Assembly: GCA_964016885.1 (NCBI GenBank)
Contig: OZ024741.1
Coordinates: 121,334,001-121,398,000 of the forward strand
DNA from: Eledone cirrhosa
Taxonomy: Eukaryota
DNA length: 64,000 nt
Direction: 5' to 3'
The notes under the pieces are model-generated. The model was not told the DNA's origin. It saw nothing but the letters and a program-made list of their open reading frames with translations, and searched no databases. The position numbers were made by a program, and so were the translations under genes. Positions 9,053 to 22,994 of the stretch are shown here, piece after piece (position 1 is the stretch's first letter; the number at the start of each line of letters is the position of its first letter).

Positions 9053-12000
9053 ATGGCTATGCTAAGAGTAGGCTGTTTAAATGCGCGTGGCCTGGGCTCA
9101 ACTTGGAAGCAAGCAATGCTTCTAAATGACCTCAGGTCACAACGTATAGATGTGATGGTTATTTGCGAGGCCCGGATCAGCAACGTGCGACAGCTGGCCC
9201 CCACCTTTGATGACTTTGAGATGCACGCATCTCTCTGTCAGCCCGGAGGTGGGGGTGGAGTTGTCGTTCTGCTGCAAAAACATCTGGGTCTCGCAACACA
9301 GATGGTACATTTGGACCCGGAGGGTCGACTAGTGGTTCTGGACCTTGGCAGCGGTAAAGGCGGAGCGTTTAGGTTGGTAGCCGCCTACGGCCCTTTCGGG
9401 TCAATGCGGCCGGACTTCTTCCATCGTCTGGAGACTTTTCTAGGGACGTCCCGCTCCTTGCTATTAGTGGGGGACTGGAATGGTATCCTAGATGCACGCT
9501 GGGACTACGTAGGGGCCTGCCCCGATAGAGAGGGGTGTAATAGCCTCAAAGGGATAATCGGTCGATTTGACCTGGCCGATAGATATCGACTAGATTTTCC
9601 GACTGCGCCAGCCTGGACTTGGGCAAATCGTAGCGGATCATCTAGGTCGTACCTAGATAGGTTCTTAGTTAGAATTAAGGATAAGGACTTTTTAAGTTGT
9701 CCAAAAATGCGCATTGTTGGCTATTCAGACCACAAATTAGTGACCTGCATGGTCAACCTTGACAGAACTCATAGACAGGGCCCCGGTTACTGGAAGCTCA
9801 ACTTGTCCTTGCCGGCAAGTAGAGCCTACAGGAATCGGATTAATACGTTAGTTAAGGAACGGTTGACTGGAGCGATCGTCAACAGCAGGTGGTGAGTATC
9901 TCTAAAGAGAGAGATTAGAGTAGTCTCGATAGAATTTAGTAAGGTTCTAGCTGCGGATAGGAATAGGAAGGAAAGGGAGCTAATAGATAGAGTAGAAGAG
10001 GCAATTAGAAGCGGCGACGTGGCCAGAGTGCTAGCGTCGAGAACGGCTTTGAGCCAGTTTTTCGACGCGAAGCACGAAGGCTGCGTTGTCCGAAGTAAAA
10101 TACGTGCTCTAGGGAACGAGGGGACCAAAGCTGTTAGCTGGGCCCGCGTGACAGAGGCCAACAGTGGAACTAAATCCACCATCTTGTCTTTGCGAGACCT
10201 GGATGGACGGGCGATTCTTGAGCCTAAGCAGATGTGTGAGGCCTTTCAAAGGCACTTTGCCCGACTGTTCGGGAGGGGCGGTGAGCCGGTTGGGAACGTG
10301 GACTTCGGTCCATACCTCGACGGCCTGCCGCGCCTCTCGGACAGGGAGGCGAAGTCCTGCGAGGAGCCGATTTCGGCCGCTGAGATAGAGGACGTGCTGA
10401 GCCAATGCGGCAAACGCAAATCCCCGGGTCTCGATGGTCTTCCTTACGAATTATATCTAGCTATGCCGGACTTGTTCCCCGATCTCCTCGAGGCGGTCTA
10501 CTGCAACTGGCAACAGAACGGGAGAATTCCCTGTACTGTGACCAAGGGCGTAGTCACGCTAGTGAGGAAGGACGAGAACAAGGGGGACGAAATAAGTAAC
10601 TTCAGGCCCATAACACTGCTAAATACAGAGTTACAGATTTTGGCCAAGGTGCTAGCAAAGAGGTTGGCGCTTGTCGTGGGCAACCTGGTGGGAGATGCGC
10701 AGACATGCGCTATCCCGTCCAGGTCCATCCATGACAACCTCCACCTCATGCGATACATCATAGAGAGGGTTGGGAACGAACCCGGCTTTGGTGGGGCTCT
10801 GATCAACTTGGATCAATCTAAGGCGTTCGATAGGGTCGACCATGGTTACCTGGATGCGGTGCTAGCGGCGGCAGGCTTCGGACCCGTTTTCAGGGGCTGG
10901 ATCACTGCTATGCACAGCAGCCGCATCTGCTCTAGGGTCAAGGTGAACGGCTACCTCTCGGAGCCGTTCAAAATCGCGCGGTCCATCCGACAAGGGTGCC
11001 CTCTCTCCTCCCTTCTGTATGTGTTGACTCTCGAGCCACTACTGCGGAAGTTGGAGTTGTTGCAGGGCATCCCTTTGGAACCGGGATTGCGGAAAGCGGT
11101 GTCGGCCTACGCCGATGACGTGACAGTAATGGTGTCGACGGCCTCCGAAATCGAGGCGGTCGGCACCTTACTGGAGGAGTACGAAAAGTTCACAGGGGCT
11201 AAGCTGAACCGGGACAAGTCGATCGGTTTGCAACTCGGCACGTGGAGGGGCAGACCGATGCCCTCCGATGGCGTCGTCGGACGCTGGACGGAGGGCCCGG
11301 TGAAGTTGCTCGGGGTCTGGTTCGGACCGGACCTCCAGGTGGAGAAAAACTGGGCGGAGGTTACGAACAGGGTGTTTGCACTGACCCAGAAGTGGGCCAG
11401 TTGCAAACTATCCCTGAAAGGTCGGGCGGAGGTGGCGAACACCTACATAGCGTCCGTCATCTACTACCGCCTGACCGTAGTGCCCTGCCCAAGGGAAACG
11501 CTCACCAAGATGGAGCGCGCGCTCTTCCAATTCCTTTGGAAGAGGCGGGCTCCTATGGTGAGGAGATCCATCTGCTGTCAACACCCTTCGAAAGGAGGGC
11601 TGGGGATGCCGTGGCTAATGATGCGTAAACACGCATTAAGGCTACGGCACCTCTACGTATTCCTCACCGGACAACCGGTGTGGGCCTCGTTTGTGAGACG
11701 AACCTTTCCCAGACTCGTCTCACTCACCGAGCTGCAATCCTGGGTCAAGCAAAGACCGAGAAAACTGGGCGCCTGGCACACTGAGTGTGCCCAGGCGCTC
11801 ACCGCCCTCTGGCAGGCGGATCCGGTTATCAGTGGAGACTCCACCGCAACATTCTATAGAGGGCTGGTGCGCAGCAGGTGCGACGACGCCCTCGGAGAAG
11901 CCCTAGACATGGAGGAGGACGAACTGGCCAGCCTGTTCGGTAGGACATTCAGCCCGGGACCTATGGACAACTTCCAGAAGTCCCTGGCCTGGCAGTGCTA

Positions 12001-12490
12001 CCGAGGGGCTTTACCCGTTCGAGAAAGGCTCTACAGACACGGGCGCCCGGGTAGGGACCCCGCCAAAAAGATCTGTCCCAGATGCGTGTGCGACGAGGAA
12101 ACCATTGCACACGCATTAGTACACTGCTCGGGCGTAGCCGATCTGTGGGGCTATGTCGAACAACTGCTGTCAAGGGTGGTACCGATCCGGTTGACCACCG
12201 AGTCTATTGTAATGATCAAGCCGCCTCCCCCCTTCAAAGATGAAGCAGAGGCGGTGTTTCTGTGCGTAATAGCCATGGCGAAAGAGGTTGTATGGTGGAC
12301 GCGTCTGAAAGGACTGAGGTCGGGCACCTTTCTCTCTGGCCAACAACTGGTCCGTTTCTTCCGATATCATTTCGGAAGAAGGATCAGGATGGAGAGAGAG
12401 GTGCTGCACCCCAGCCGTTTCTATGAAAGATGGGTGAAAGTGGCGAGAATGGCCCGTGTGAATGGGCCTTCACTCTACATCAGACTATAG
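9053..12490 (+). pseudogene. Tx1 ORF2 (APE-RT-ZnF) interrupted by one in-frame TGA at 9893-9895
   Basis: Track ORFs 9029-9895 and 10019-12490 share a frame with no other stop between them. The TGA aligns to TGG (Trp of NNRWW) in element A. KAFD and YADD are intact. Confidence 0.9.
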
Positions 12491-12753
12491 GTGAGGAAGA
12501 TGAAAGACCAAGGGAGCACCCCTTCTCTGTGCTCCTGAGGAGAAGGGTTGCACACCTTTTTCGGGGGTGTGTGCGAACCCCCAAGGCGCCTCCTCTCTAT
12601 TGAGGATTTTGTTAAAAATTTATTTTTTGTTATATCTTATTTTATTTTTATATTTTGTTATTGCCTCCTCCTTATTGAGGACGCCTTTTTGTGTAAACTC
12701 CCCCCTTTGTACTTGTCCCACTTTTGATGCCCTAGTGGCAAATAAAAGAAATA

Positions 12754-12792
<39 letters not shown>

Positions 12793-13169
12793 TCGGGGAT
12801 ATATCCATTTATCCGTCCATCTATCCATTCATCCATCAATCTTTCTGCTGACATTTAACCATTCAAAAATCGGAGACTTGCTGTGTATTTAAACCATATG
12901 TAGATTTTGTTGACAGGATCTAGCTGGAACTACTTTCTGTTGTTTCTTATTTCAACCTTATATTTAAACGCTTTCGTGAATTGGAAAAATAACGTAGATA
13001 GTTATGGTAGCGGTAAGACGTCAACACAGTCGCCAATGAGTGACTCAGAGTTAGCATGCGTTAAAATACGAACACGATACCTCTCAAGTGGTATGGAGGT
13101 CGTTTTTGTTCCTTCTCAACTAGATCTAGCTGGAGCTCCTTTCCGCTGCCTCTGATATTGGTCTTAGTC

Positions 13170-14650
13170 CTTGTGTTACCAGCAATTGAAAGTTGTTTCA
13201 TGAGATTGTAGGTAGATTATCCCACAAAGCCTTTGGCTCCAACCTCTATGGCAATAACTTTGACTCGGAAGTCGGCCTCCCTCAGGCTGTTGGCCAAACT
13301 GGCGTATTTTACGATCTTGAATACGTGTGTTTCTTCTAACTTATTTTCAAATGGCACCTCAGGTTCAATCAAAATCAGCTGTTTAGATGAACTGGAATGG
13401 AGTACGATATCCGGCCTCAATGATGATTTCTGGTTGTTTTGCTGACCCTGGGAGGTCTGCTGTACAGTCACAGCCGTCCGCACCTCCCAGAAGACTCGAT
13501 CTCCGTGTCCTGTATGGTATCGTCGCTCCTGACCGTGATTTGCTGCCTTCTTCCGTATAAAATGTTGTTGGAGATTTTCGTACTACGGATTTTATTTTTG
13601 CCGCACTTATCACATGTACGATCTCCCTGATTGTGTCTTCACGTGTATCTACCCTGCACTAGTGTGACTCTGCATTAGCTCAGAATGTGTTCCACTGTCT
13701 GTCTACCTTGACAGAGTGAACACTTGGGGTTATCTGGTTTGCCCCATTTGACTAAATTCGTATTCGAGAGCAGGAGATCATAGACAGATCTGAGGAGAAA
13801 ACTGATTCGGAAAGGCGTCATATGCCACAAGTCATTCCAAATAAGACACTTCTGGAGTGCACCTTCCAACGTCGTCCACTGGGTCTGTTGGCTCTGCTGA
13901 ACTACCTTCCGGCGTCTTCTGGAATCCTATTCTTTCTTCGCCTCTTGTAAAATCAGATCTCTCCACATCTTTCCCCTGGCCTTTGACCACCGTTCTAATT
14001 TTGCTACGCCCAGTCTTGCCTATTGCCTAAGGCTTTCTTTTGCTGCATCCACCGCTTCCTGGACCTTCCATTTTCTGCATGTCTTCAGCTTGGGCTGGAT
14101 CGACCTCAAGACCTTATCTTCCGAGTTCTCAAGTATGGTCAACAGTCTTGCTTTTCCGGCAGTAGAGTGCAGCTTCAGGGATACCTGGTGGGACACCAAG
14201 CTACTTCCTTGTGTATTTGTTGATTTTGGCCTTCATGGCCTCCACCATACTAGAGCAGATATTGTATATCAGCAGAGGCCATAGAAGCTTTGGGATTAAA
14301 TGTATTTCAAGCACCAAACCTTATATTTGCCAGAGAGGCTACATTGATTTATGACCTTTTCCCGCCATGTCCTAGGTTTCGGCTCCCCTTTTTGTAACTT
14401 TCAGAGTGTCGTCACACCATCTTCCGAAGCTTTTGACTGGTTCCTCTGCCACTGTTGGGATCTTTTGGTTGGCAACTGTGAATACCACTAGTCCCGCTAC
14501 TTTTCCCTTCCACAGAGAGAGGCTCCTGGATTTCTTTGGTTTGAACTTCATTCTGTAAGATGCAGCTGCTTTATCCAACTCTCCCAGTAGCCAATGTGTT
14601 TCACCTTTGTGGCAAGGACTGTAGTGTCATCCTTTAGAGGAGGCATTCGA
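13170..14650 (-). mobile_element. Decayed 5'-truncated RLE-type (R2 group, HERO-like) non-LTR retrotransposon
   Basis: Frameshifted fragments: RT end (DDTTV; MKFKPKKSRSLSL), CCHC zinc motif CSLCQGRQTVEHILS, and PD-(D/E)xK endonuclease RPDIVL...LIExxVPFE...KY...IEVGAKGFV. Confidence 0.8.
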
Positions 14651-15279
14651 ACCGGAAAGGGTCTCTGAAGAAGCAATCTCGTGTCCTTTTCCTTCTGCTT
14701 CTTTTCTTCCTAGCTATTTCTGCTTTGCTCAGAGCACCGTGTCTTGCTTTGAGATCTCCTCAGAGTTCTTCTAACCCTTGGATCTGAAAGGCCGAAGCAA
14801 CTTTCATCTGTTTCTTAGATCCCTTTTTTTCCTCCAAATATTATCCATCTCCCGCTGACGCCTGGATCTCCGAGGCGGTGTTTTTGTTTTGGGTTGTGTT
14901 ACTTCATAGACATCTTTGCAGATTGAATAACAACACATAAGTACAATATATAAATATATATATACAACTAAGTAATATATATATAAACAATACATAAACA
15001 TATATATAAGTAACATACAAGTTAACTGATGTGAAATACATAAAAATATACATACATATATTTAACAGCGATATAAATTCCATTGACCCGTAAAATAAGA
15101 TTCACGAGTGTCAAGTGACGGTTTTAAAACTGATTTATTCTCACACATTTACAAGCGTACACCTCAAGTAAATTATACTTGGACACACACACACACGCGC
15201 GCGCGCGCACGCACAGATACACACACACACACACAGGGCAACAATATTTCTTTTGCGTGTCATTATTTGTTACTGATAC

Positions 15280-15462
15280 GGTGGATTGGCAGTATCGGTA
15301 GAGAGTCGGACGCCATGCTTTGACGCATAGAGTTACGGCCCTTGCCATTCTGAGTTCAAATCGCGCCGAGGTTAACTTTGCCTTTCATCCTTACGGGGTC
15401 GATAAAATAAAGTACCAGTAATGTACTGGGTAATTTCTGGCCTTGTGCCAATAGTAGAAACA
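15280..15462 (+). mobile_element. tRNA-derived SINE (main family) with 18-bp target site duplication
   Basis: A-box-like TGGCAGTATCGG, B-box GAGTTCAAATC, core 'ctttcatccttacggggtcgataaaataaagtaccag'. TSD attatttgttactgatac at 15262-15279 and 15463-15480. Confidence 0.85.
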
Positions 15463-16205
15463 ATTATTTGTTACTGATACATATTTATCCATGACAAGGC
15501 ATGACATATAAAAAAGCTAACACGTCATCTAAAACCAGCCCAAGCCAAATTAAATCATTCCGAACTACGTCATAACATTTTCTTCATATGAACAGCATTA
15601 TAAACAACAAAATTTACATAAGCCAAAATTTGAAGTTATGAAGTTGCAACAATATTATATATTGCAAATTAAAACAAGGTGGTATTTTTTTTACTCTTAT
15701 TTATTTGAGCAGAGATTATGCATGCCAGTGTATGTACTAGGTTTACTGGATTAGGATGTGGAGCTTCATGTTGATGAATCTTTATATGCATAATGATGAT
15801 GGTTGCAACTCGATTTCGAGTAATGTCATCGCTTGATATTTAAGCATGGGCATCACGGACGTGGCTTTGGCCAGCAATACCATTTATCAAGGATGCCTGT
15901 GCTTGAAGCTTTTTTAAGTGAGGAAAGGCTTTGCATGGGACCAATTCTACTCTCTGAACATTGAATGCATTTACTCAAAAAGAAGAACTGGTCTACATCA
16001 TTGGATACAAAGGAAATCGTATGTCAGAGTTTTATGTCAGAGTGACTGTCTCCTAGAGAGATGTCTTAATGAAGACTAGGAGTATCTCGGTCCACAAAAA
16101 GAAGAAAAAAACTTTTATTGGATGACCGTTGACTCTCCTGAGTTCCTCTGCCCTTTGACGGGTTTTGTTTTTCATTCTGCAGGGTGTCCAAATTCACCTT
16201 CCTCA

Positions 16206-16292
<87 letters not shown>

Positions 16293-17431
16293 ATATATAA
16301 ACACAAAGAGTGATAAATAGAATTTAATGTTTAAAATTACGTCTTTATTCATATTAAAAAATCAAGAAAAAACATTAATTATTAAGCGAAAATTGTACAA
16401 AAATAGAGTTCTATATATTGATATATTGAACATAGCATGTGAGCAATAGTTAGCAGGTTACAAAATATAATGTAGGGAGAAAAGAGAAAATCATTGAAAA
16501 CAAAATAATATTTTCTACATTATTTATCTCCGATGTTATTGTTGTTGTTGAACCTCTGTCAGTTCCAACGGCTAGTGTGCAAATTGTCTGGCCAACTGAA
16601 CAACAGCCTACTCATAAGATTAATGTACAAGTGGCTAGGCATTTCACAGACACGAGTATACTTAACGCAATTCTCAGGGATATTTAGCGTATCATAGGGT
16701 GCGATACGGTTGGTTCTTTGAAACACAACGCATTTTTGTCAGGAAAATTCAGTGTGACACAGTGAGTAAGAAGATCGACTCTTTGAATTAATTTTTGCCA
16801 GCTGAGTGGACTAGAACAACGTGAAAAAATGTGTCTTGCTCAAGGACACAACGCGCCACCGGAAATCGCACTCATGACCTTACGATCGAGCGCTGAACGA
16901 CCTAACCACTAAACTACGTGTCTTCTGTTTTGGATGTAGATATTCAATATATGGAAAGAAATATTGATATTTTATATGATTGTCCAGTCTGAACAATATT
17001 GTGAAAATGAGTAAATGGGATCTTCAACGCATTTATTGAACACGAACGCTTTGTGTGTGTGTGTGTGTGTGTGTAATTTCTGAAACTTTTGAAGAATGTG
17101 AGTCAATATATAGAATTGTGTGATGCCTCATAACAAAAAGAGATGAACATATTCCGATTCTAATCGCCATTGCGCCTCATGAGCAAATCAACTGTAGAGT
17201 GGAGGTGATTGTAACCGATTAAGGCTCAGAGATGGTCATTTGCGAAACACGTGTTAATACATATTTCAAGGGTACAGTGGTTTTTAAGTACGCCATCATC
17301 AGATAAAACATAAGAGATTGGTTGTTCGACGTACCCCTAAGGTATTGAACATTCAATCCCTGTAGTGGTAGTAAGTTATTTCCTCAACACTCAACATTTA
17401 TATACCACAAATAATATGTTAACTTTTGGTC

Positions 17432-17502
<71 letters not shown>

Positions 17503-17574
17503 CATACACACACATATGCGCGCGCGGGCGCGCGTGTGTGTATAAGTGTATGTGTATGTGTGTATGCGTATGTG

Positions 17575-17776
17575 TACGAGGGTCGACTGGAAAATTCATA
17601 GGCTGACTATGAAGGAGTGATGCTACCTCTGTGAAATCTTGCATGCATTAATTTCAACTGTTCTTATAGATAACTGCCTTGCTTATTTCTAGGGACTATT
17701 TTGGAAAATAAACTTCATTTTGTCATCCTATGAGAGTACCTTGGCCAGGTTATGAACTTTTCAGTCGCTCCTCGTA
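17575..17776. mobile_element. Tc1/mariner-type MITE
   Basis: Imperfect TIRs TA-CGAGGGTCGACTGGAAAATTCATA / TATGAACTTTTCAGTCGCTCCTCG-TA with TA flanks. Confidence 0.75.
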
Positions 17777-17911
17777 TATACATACATAAACTCACTTTAA
17801 TATTTTACCTATAACTTCTTTTTTCTCGTAACCACTCTCCCGCTTTATTTTCCTTCGTGATGTAGGACTACGTTACATTCAGTATACTCCATTTCTATTT
17901 CATAATACGTG

Positions 17912-17954
<43 letters not shown>

Positions 17955-18110
17955 ATAAATAACCGTTAAAAATTTTACTTTTCTCCAAGAAAAACTTTAT
18001 GCTTTTTATGTTTTCTATGTGTTGGTTCTAACTGTCTGAAGAGATCATAGCTGTTGAATTGTAGCTACCACCGAAATAAATGAATTATGAAATGTTGACT
18101 TATGCCTCTT

Positions 18111-18149
<39 letters not shown>

Positions 18150-18812
18150 AATGAGAAGTACACAAATATATGTGTATACATATACATGCATATATACACA
18201 TATATTTTTTCCACAAGTATGTGAGATTGTGTGTTGTCGACCTTAACCAGTATTGCTCTATGATTATGAGAGATAAGATAATCGAAATAATTAAATTGAC
18301 TCGATATCAGAGCTATGTAATATATTATAAAGTAAGAAGAAATATTAGACATAAATAAATACCTATTTTTTCTATTTTTTCTTCAAATTCCAGACTGTAC
18401 AGTTTCGTGGCTACTATGCAAAAATCCTACATCATAGAGATGTAACATTTTTGTGAGGTAGGCCAACCTTTCAAGGGAACACCTCAGGGAAAGAACAATT
18501 TCAAACAGGTCTGCATCGCGTGAGAGAATCTCGAAAAGGCGGAGGGAAACACTATCACGTGATGCAGTGGTCAAGAAATGGGATTAAATCCCTTGTAGCA
18601 GTGAAAAATATCTCAGAAGGCGGAGGGGATATTGATATGATACAGATGCTACAGAAGGGCGGTAAGGTTGACTGGAAGTGTATATAGTATTTGCTTGAAA
18701 GCAGGCACTATACTTCCGTGGTTACTCTACCGTGAGGGAGTTATAGACAATAATGAGGTACACAAATATATGTGTATACATACATATACATGCATATATA
18801 CACATATATTTT

Positions 18813-18892
<80 letters not shown>

Positions 18893-18933
18893 GATATTAA
18901 TAAATGGAAACTATATTTATAAAACCATATTTA

Positions 18934-18991
18934 TTTTATTATATATATTTCAAGGGTACCAAAAACTTTGGTCCGCACTCATCAGATAAAA
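18934..18991 (-). ncRNA. Type I hammerhead ribozyme motif (Penelope pLTR-like)
   Basis: Minus strand: TTTTAT-CTGATGA-[stem II ACCAAA/TTTGGT]-GAAA-T-ATAT-A-TA-ATAAAA. Stem I pairs, palindromic loop III, AATAAA follows. Confidence 0.7.
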
Positions 18992-19379
18992 TACAAAATT
19001 TGTTTTATAAATAGTGACATACCCCAGAAACCAGCCTGAACCGATAAGGTCTGGTAAGATACCAGGTGGGCCATAAGGCACCAGAGTACTCAATACTTAG
19101 GGTAATAGAGTGGGTAATAGGAAAAGAGTCAGGATCCCGACGGCTGAGCTCCGGCCGTTTCGACAGCTAGATCCGAACTAAGCCACCAGGAAATTATATA
19201 TGGTAAGTTGGAAATGGAATTCTGTTATAATCTGCTTTAATTTAATATTATTTTTAAAATTCTTCTGAGGAGAGCGCGTTATGTAAGGATTTAAATAGTA
19301 TATATTTGAATTGTTTATATCTCTTATACGAATTACACATAACATTCTTTCAATAATTCTATGGTTAATGCCAAATTTA

Positions 19380-19555
19380 ATAATCGTTTCTACTTTTGGT
19401 ACAAGATCAGCAATTATCTCAGTGAATGGACTTTATTTTACCGATATAGGATGAAAGGTAAAGTTAACCACGGCGGGATTTGAACTCAAACCGTAAAGGG
19501 CCGTAACTGTTTGCTGTAAAGCATGGCGTCCGACCCTCTACCGATACTGCAAAAA
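19380..19555 (-). mobile_element. tRNA-derived SINE, main family
   Basis: Reverse complement of the 15280 SINE, diverged. Confidence 0.75.
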
Positions 19556-19790
19556 TGCCCTTGTAACATATGTAAAGAATGGAAGATGATTTAAAAACTA
19601 ATTTTTCCTTCTATATATTTGTTTATATATAATAAAGTTGCCCATACTCTACCAAAGTACTGAGTACCTTTTTTAACTGTGGTTACCCCCCGACACAACT
19701 CGGGAACATATGCATATCTTACATATCTATAAATATATATATTTATATATGTATATACATGTATATACTTAAACACAGGCACGCCCACTA

Positions 19791-19830
<40 letters not shown>

Positions 19831-20019
19831 TATATATGCTGCGTAAATTGTTACATTTGGAAGATATAGTAGAACTACCACATGATTTACCAAACGAAAT
19901 AATTCGACCGTAGAGTAAAATACAACGGTAAGCGGCTTCAATTTCTGGTTACATAATCAATCTAGAATAATTGATTACACTAACGGAAACTGAATACTAT
20001 TAAAATTCCCTCTCTCTCG

Positions 20020-20055
<36 letters not shown>

Positions 20056-20126
20056 GGATCGTTAAATTTGCTAAAGTAAGATTCGTTTGTTATCTTGGCA
20101 ATTTAACGTTCTTCCTAACGCATTGT

Positions 20127-20312
<186 letters not shown>

Positions 20313-20860
20313 GTATCACAGAGTGTTTAAAACGTATCCTCATAATGTTCTTGTGAGAAAGTTTTGATATTATATTTGTGTTTGACCTTTGTTATGTACC
20401 CCGATGATTCCGGCCTTGTACTAGAATGAAACGATCGGAAGTGATTAAATGTTTTAAGCTCTGTCCTATATATTTGTTATTTTACATTCATACTTGTAAT
20501 TATATATATATATATATATATAAATAAATATATATATAAACATGTACATATACATACATACTCACACGCATACACACGCACATATATATATAAATTAGGT
20601 CGTAACATGTACTTACGCCGCATTTAACTAAATAAAATTAGTATGTTAGTTGTAATTTTAATAAACCCTCGGATATGGAAAAAAGGATGAGTATTGACGT
20701 ACATGGGACACGAACCCACATCTTTGGTTTGCCGGCAAAGTAGTCCGACATATGCCGAACTACTTCACCGCTGGATGGACGTGCATGGCCACGGGCATAT
20801 CACTACTGGATGGACGTGCATATCATAATGATTGTATGACTGCACCAATGATTGCGTAAC

Positions 20861-20909
20861 CATCTGACGAAGTCACAGGAATAACCATGTAACAGAAATA
20901 TACATAATG
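20861..20909 (+). ncRNA. Degenerate hammerhead motif
   Basis: CAT-CTGACGA-[imperfect stem II]-GAAA-T-ATAC-A-TA-ATG followed by AATAAA; stem I is only 3 bp. Confidence 0.4.
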
Positions 20910-20959
20910 CAATAAACAATTATGGTGATTTAATCCAGTCTTAACTACCATTATTTTAT

Positions 20960-21125
20960 ATGAGTCGGACACCATGCTTTGTAGCATAGAGTTACGGCTC
21001 TTTATGATCTGAGTTCAAATCCGGCCGAGGTTAACTTTACCTTTCATCGTTATGGGGTCGATAAAATATAGTACCAGTAATGCACTGGGATAATTGCTGG
21101 CATTGTGTCAAAAGTAGAAACAATT
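20960..21125 (+). mobile_element. tRNA-derived SINE, main family, 5'-truncated
   Basis: Matches the 15280 SINE body and tail. Confidence 0.75.
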
Positions 21126-21181
21126 ATTTTATATATACAGTATATATATAATATATACACACATACACGCACACATATATA

Positions 21182-21246
<65 letters not shown>

Positions 21247-21293
21247 TATATTGTTTAGCAAGATTCTTTATCTGAAAACGTGTGTTGAAACCG

Positions 21294-21469
21294 ATATTGT
21301 TATACTTTGGGAGGGTCATGTTGCCAATAAGAAACACACGCACCAGTTGCTTTCACTTTTCTTATAATAAATTTATAAATTTAGGAATTTATAAATTTAT
21401 TATAATAAATTGAAGTGAAAGCAACTGGTGCGTGTGTTTCTTATTGGCAACATGACCCTCCCAAAGTAT

Positions 21470-21477
<8 letters not shown>
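21294..21477. repeat. Fold-back inverted repeat: 65-bp outer arms plus 20-bp inner arms, in (TA)n
   Basis: 21294-21358 is the reverse complement of 21413-21477; 21362-21381 pairs with 21386-21405. A 25-bp arm fragment recurs at about 21768-21792. Confidence 0.9.
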
Positions 21478-21508
<31 letters not shown>

Positions 21509-21620
21509 TATATACATAATACTTATATATACATACATATATATATATATACATACATATATATATATATATATATATTCATATATATATATAATACTTA
21601 TATATACATACACATATATA

Positions 21621-21658
<38 letters not shown>

Positions 21659-21679
21659 CAAAAAAAAATATATATACAC

Positions 21680-21734
<55 letters not shown>

Positions 21735-21885
21735 CATAGATATATATATATACATATATATATATTTATGACCCTCCCAAAGTATAACAATATATATATT
21801 TACATATACATATATATATATTTACATACATATATATATATATATACATAGATATATATATATACACATATATACATATATATAC

Positions 21886-21980
<95 letters not shown>

Positions 21981-22198
21981 CATACATATACATATATATA
22001 TATACATATATATATATATACATACATATATATATACATATATATATATATATACATATATATATACACATATATATATATATATACATACATATATACA
22101 TATATATATATACATATATATATACATATATATATACATATATATATATATATACATATATATATACATATATATATACATATATATATACATATATA

Positions 22199-22236
<38 letters not shown>

Positions 22237-22330
22237 CACACATATATATACACATACATATATATATATACACATACATATATATACATACATATATACA
22301 CATACATATATATATATACACATACATGTA

Positions 22331-22367
<37 letters not shown>

Positions 22368-22372
22368 TACAT

Positions 22373-22405
<33 letters not shown>

Positions 22406-22421
22406 CATATATATAATATAC

Positions 22422-22452
<31 letters not shown>

Positions 22453-22496
22453 CATATATACATATACACATATACATATACGCATATACATATATA
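21478..22496. repeat. Compound (TA)n/(TACA)n microsatellite
   Basis: Read directly. Confidence 0.95.
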
Positions 22497-22594
22497 CGTT
22501 AATTTATTAACCTGCCATAGAACCACATTGGCATATAGTTGTATAATGCATGTGTCCCTATATGTATTTTGCGTGTAGGGATATATACTTTATC

Positions 22595-22645
<51 letters not shown>

Positions 22646-22647
<2 letters not shown>

Positions 22648-22994
22648 CGATATTAAACAAATGGAAACTATATTTATAAAACCATATTTATTTCGTTATA
22701 TATATTTCTGGGATATCATATTAAAAATATGGTATGCCTTCCTCAGACAAAATACAATACATAAGCTGTTTTATAAATAATTTTGACATACCTTATAATA
22801 ATGCAACTTCCATTTAAAAAGTTGATTTGGTAGTTGATTTATTATAAGGTATGTCAAAATTATTTATAAAACAGCTTATGTATTGTATTTTGTCTGAGGA
22901 AGGCATACCATATTTTTAATATGATATCCCAGAAATATATATAACGAAATAAATATGGTTTTATAAATATAGTTTCCATTTGTTTACTATCGTA
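22646..22994. mobile_element. Inverted pair of 156-bp hammerhead-bearing pLTR-like modules
   Basis: Arms 22646-22801 and 22839-22994 are near-perfect reverse complements. Right arm 22888-22949: TTTTGT-CTGAGGA-stem II-GAAA-T-ATAT-A-TA-ACGAAA, then AATAAA. Related to the module at about 18895-19030. Confidence 0.8.

Larger units (their letters stand above)
7037..12750 (+). mobile_element. Tx1-clade non-LTR retrotransposon, element B (diverged sister family of A)
   Basis: Same ORF1/ORF2/UTR layout, AATAAA at 12741-12746, followed by (TATC)n at 12753-12792. Confidence 0.92.

Noticed and set aside
2161-12409. Antisense and alternate-frame ORFs inside the Tx1 elements
   Set aside because: Shadows of GC-rich or low-complexity coding sequence with no recognisable motifs.
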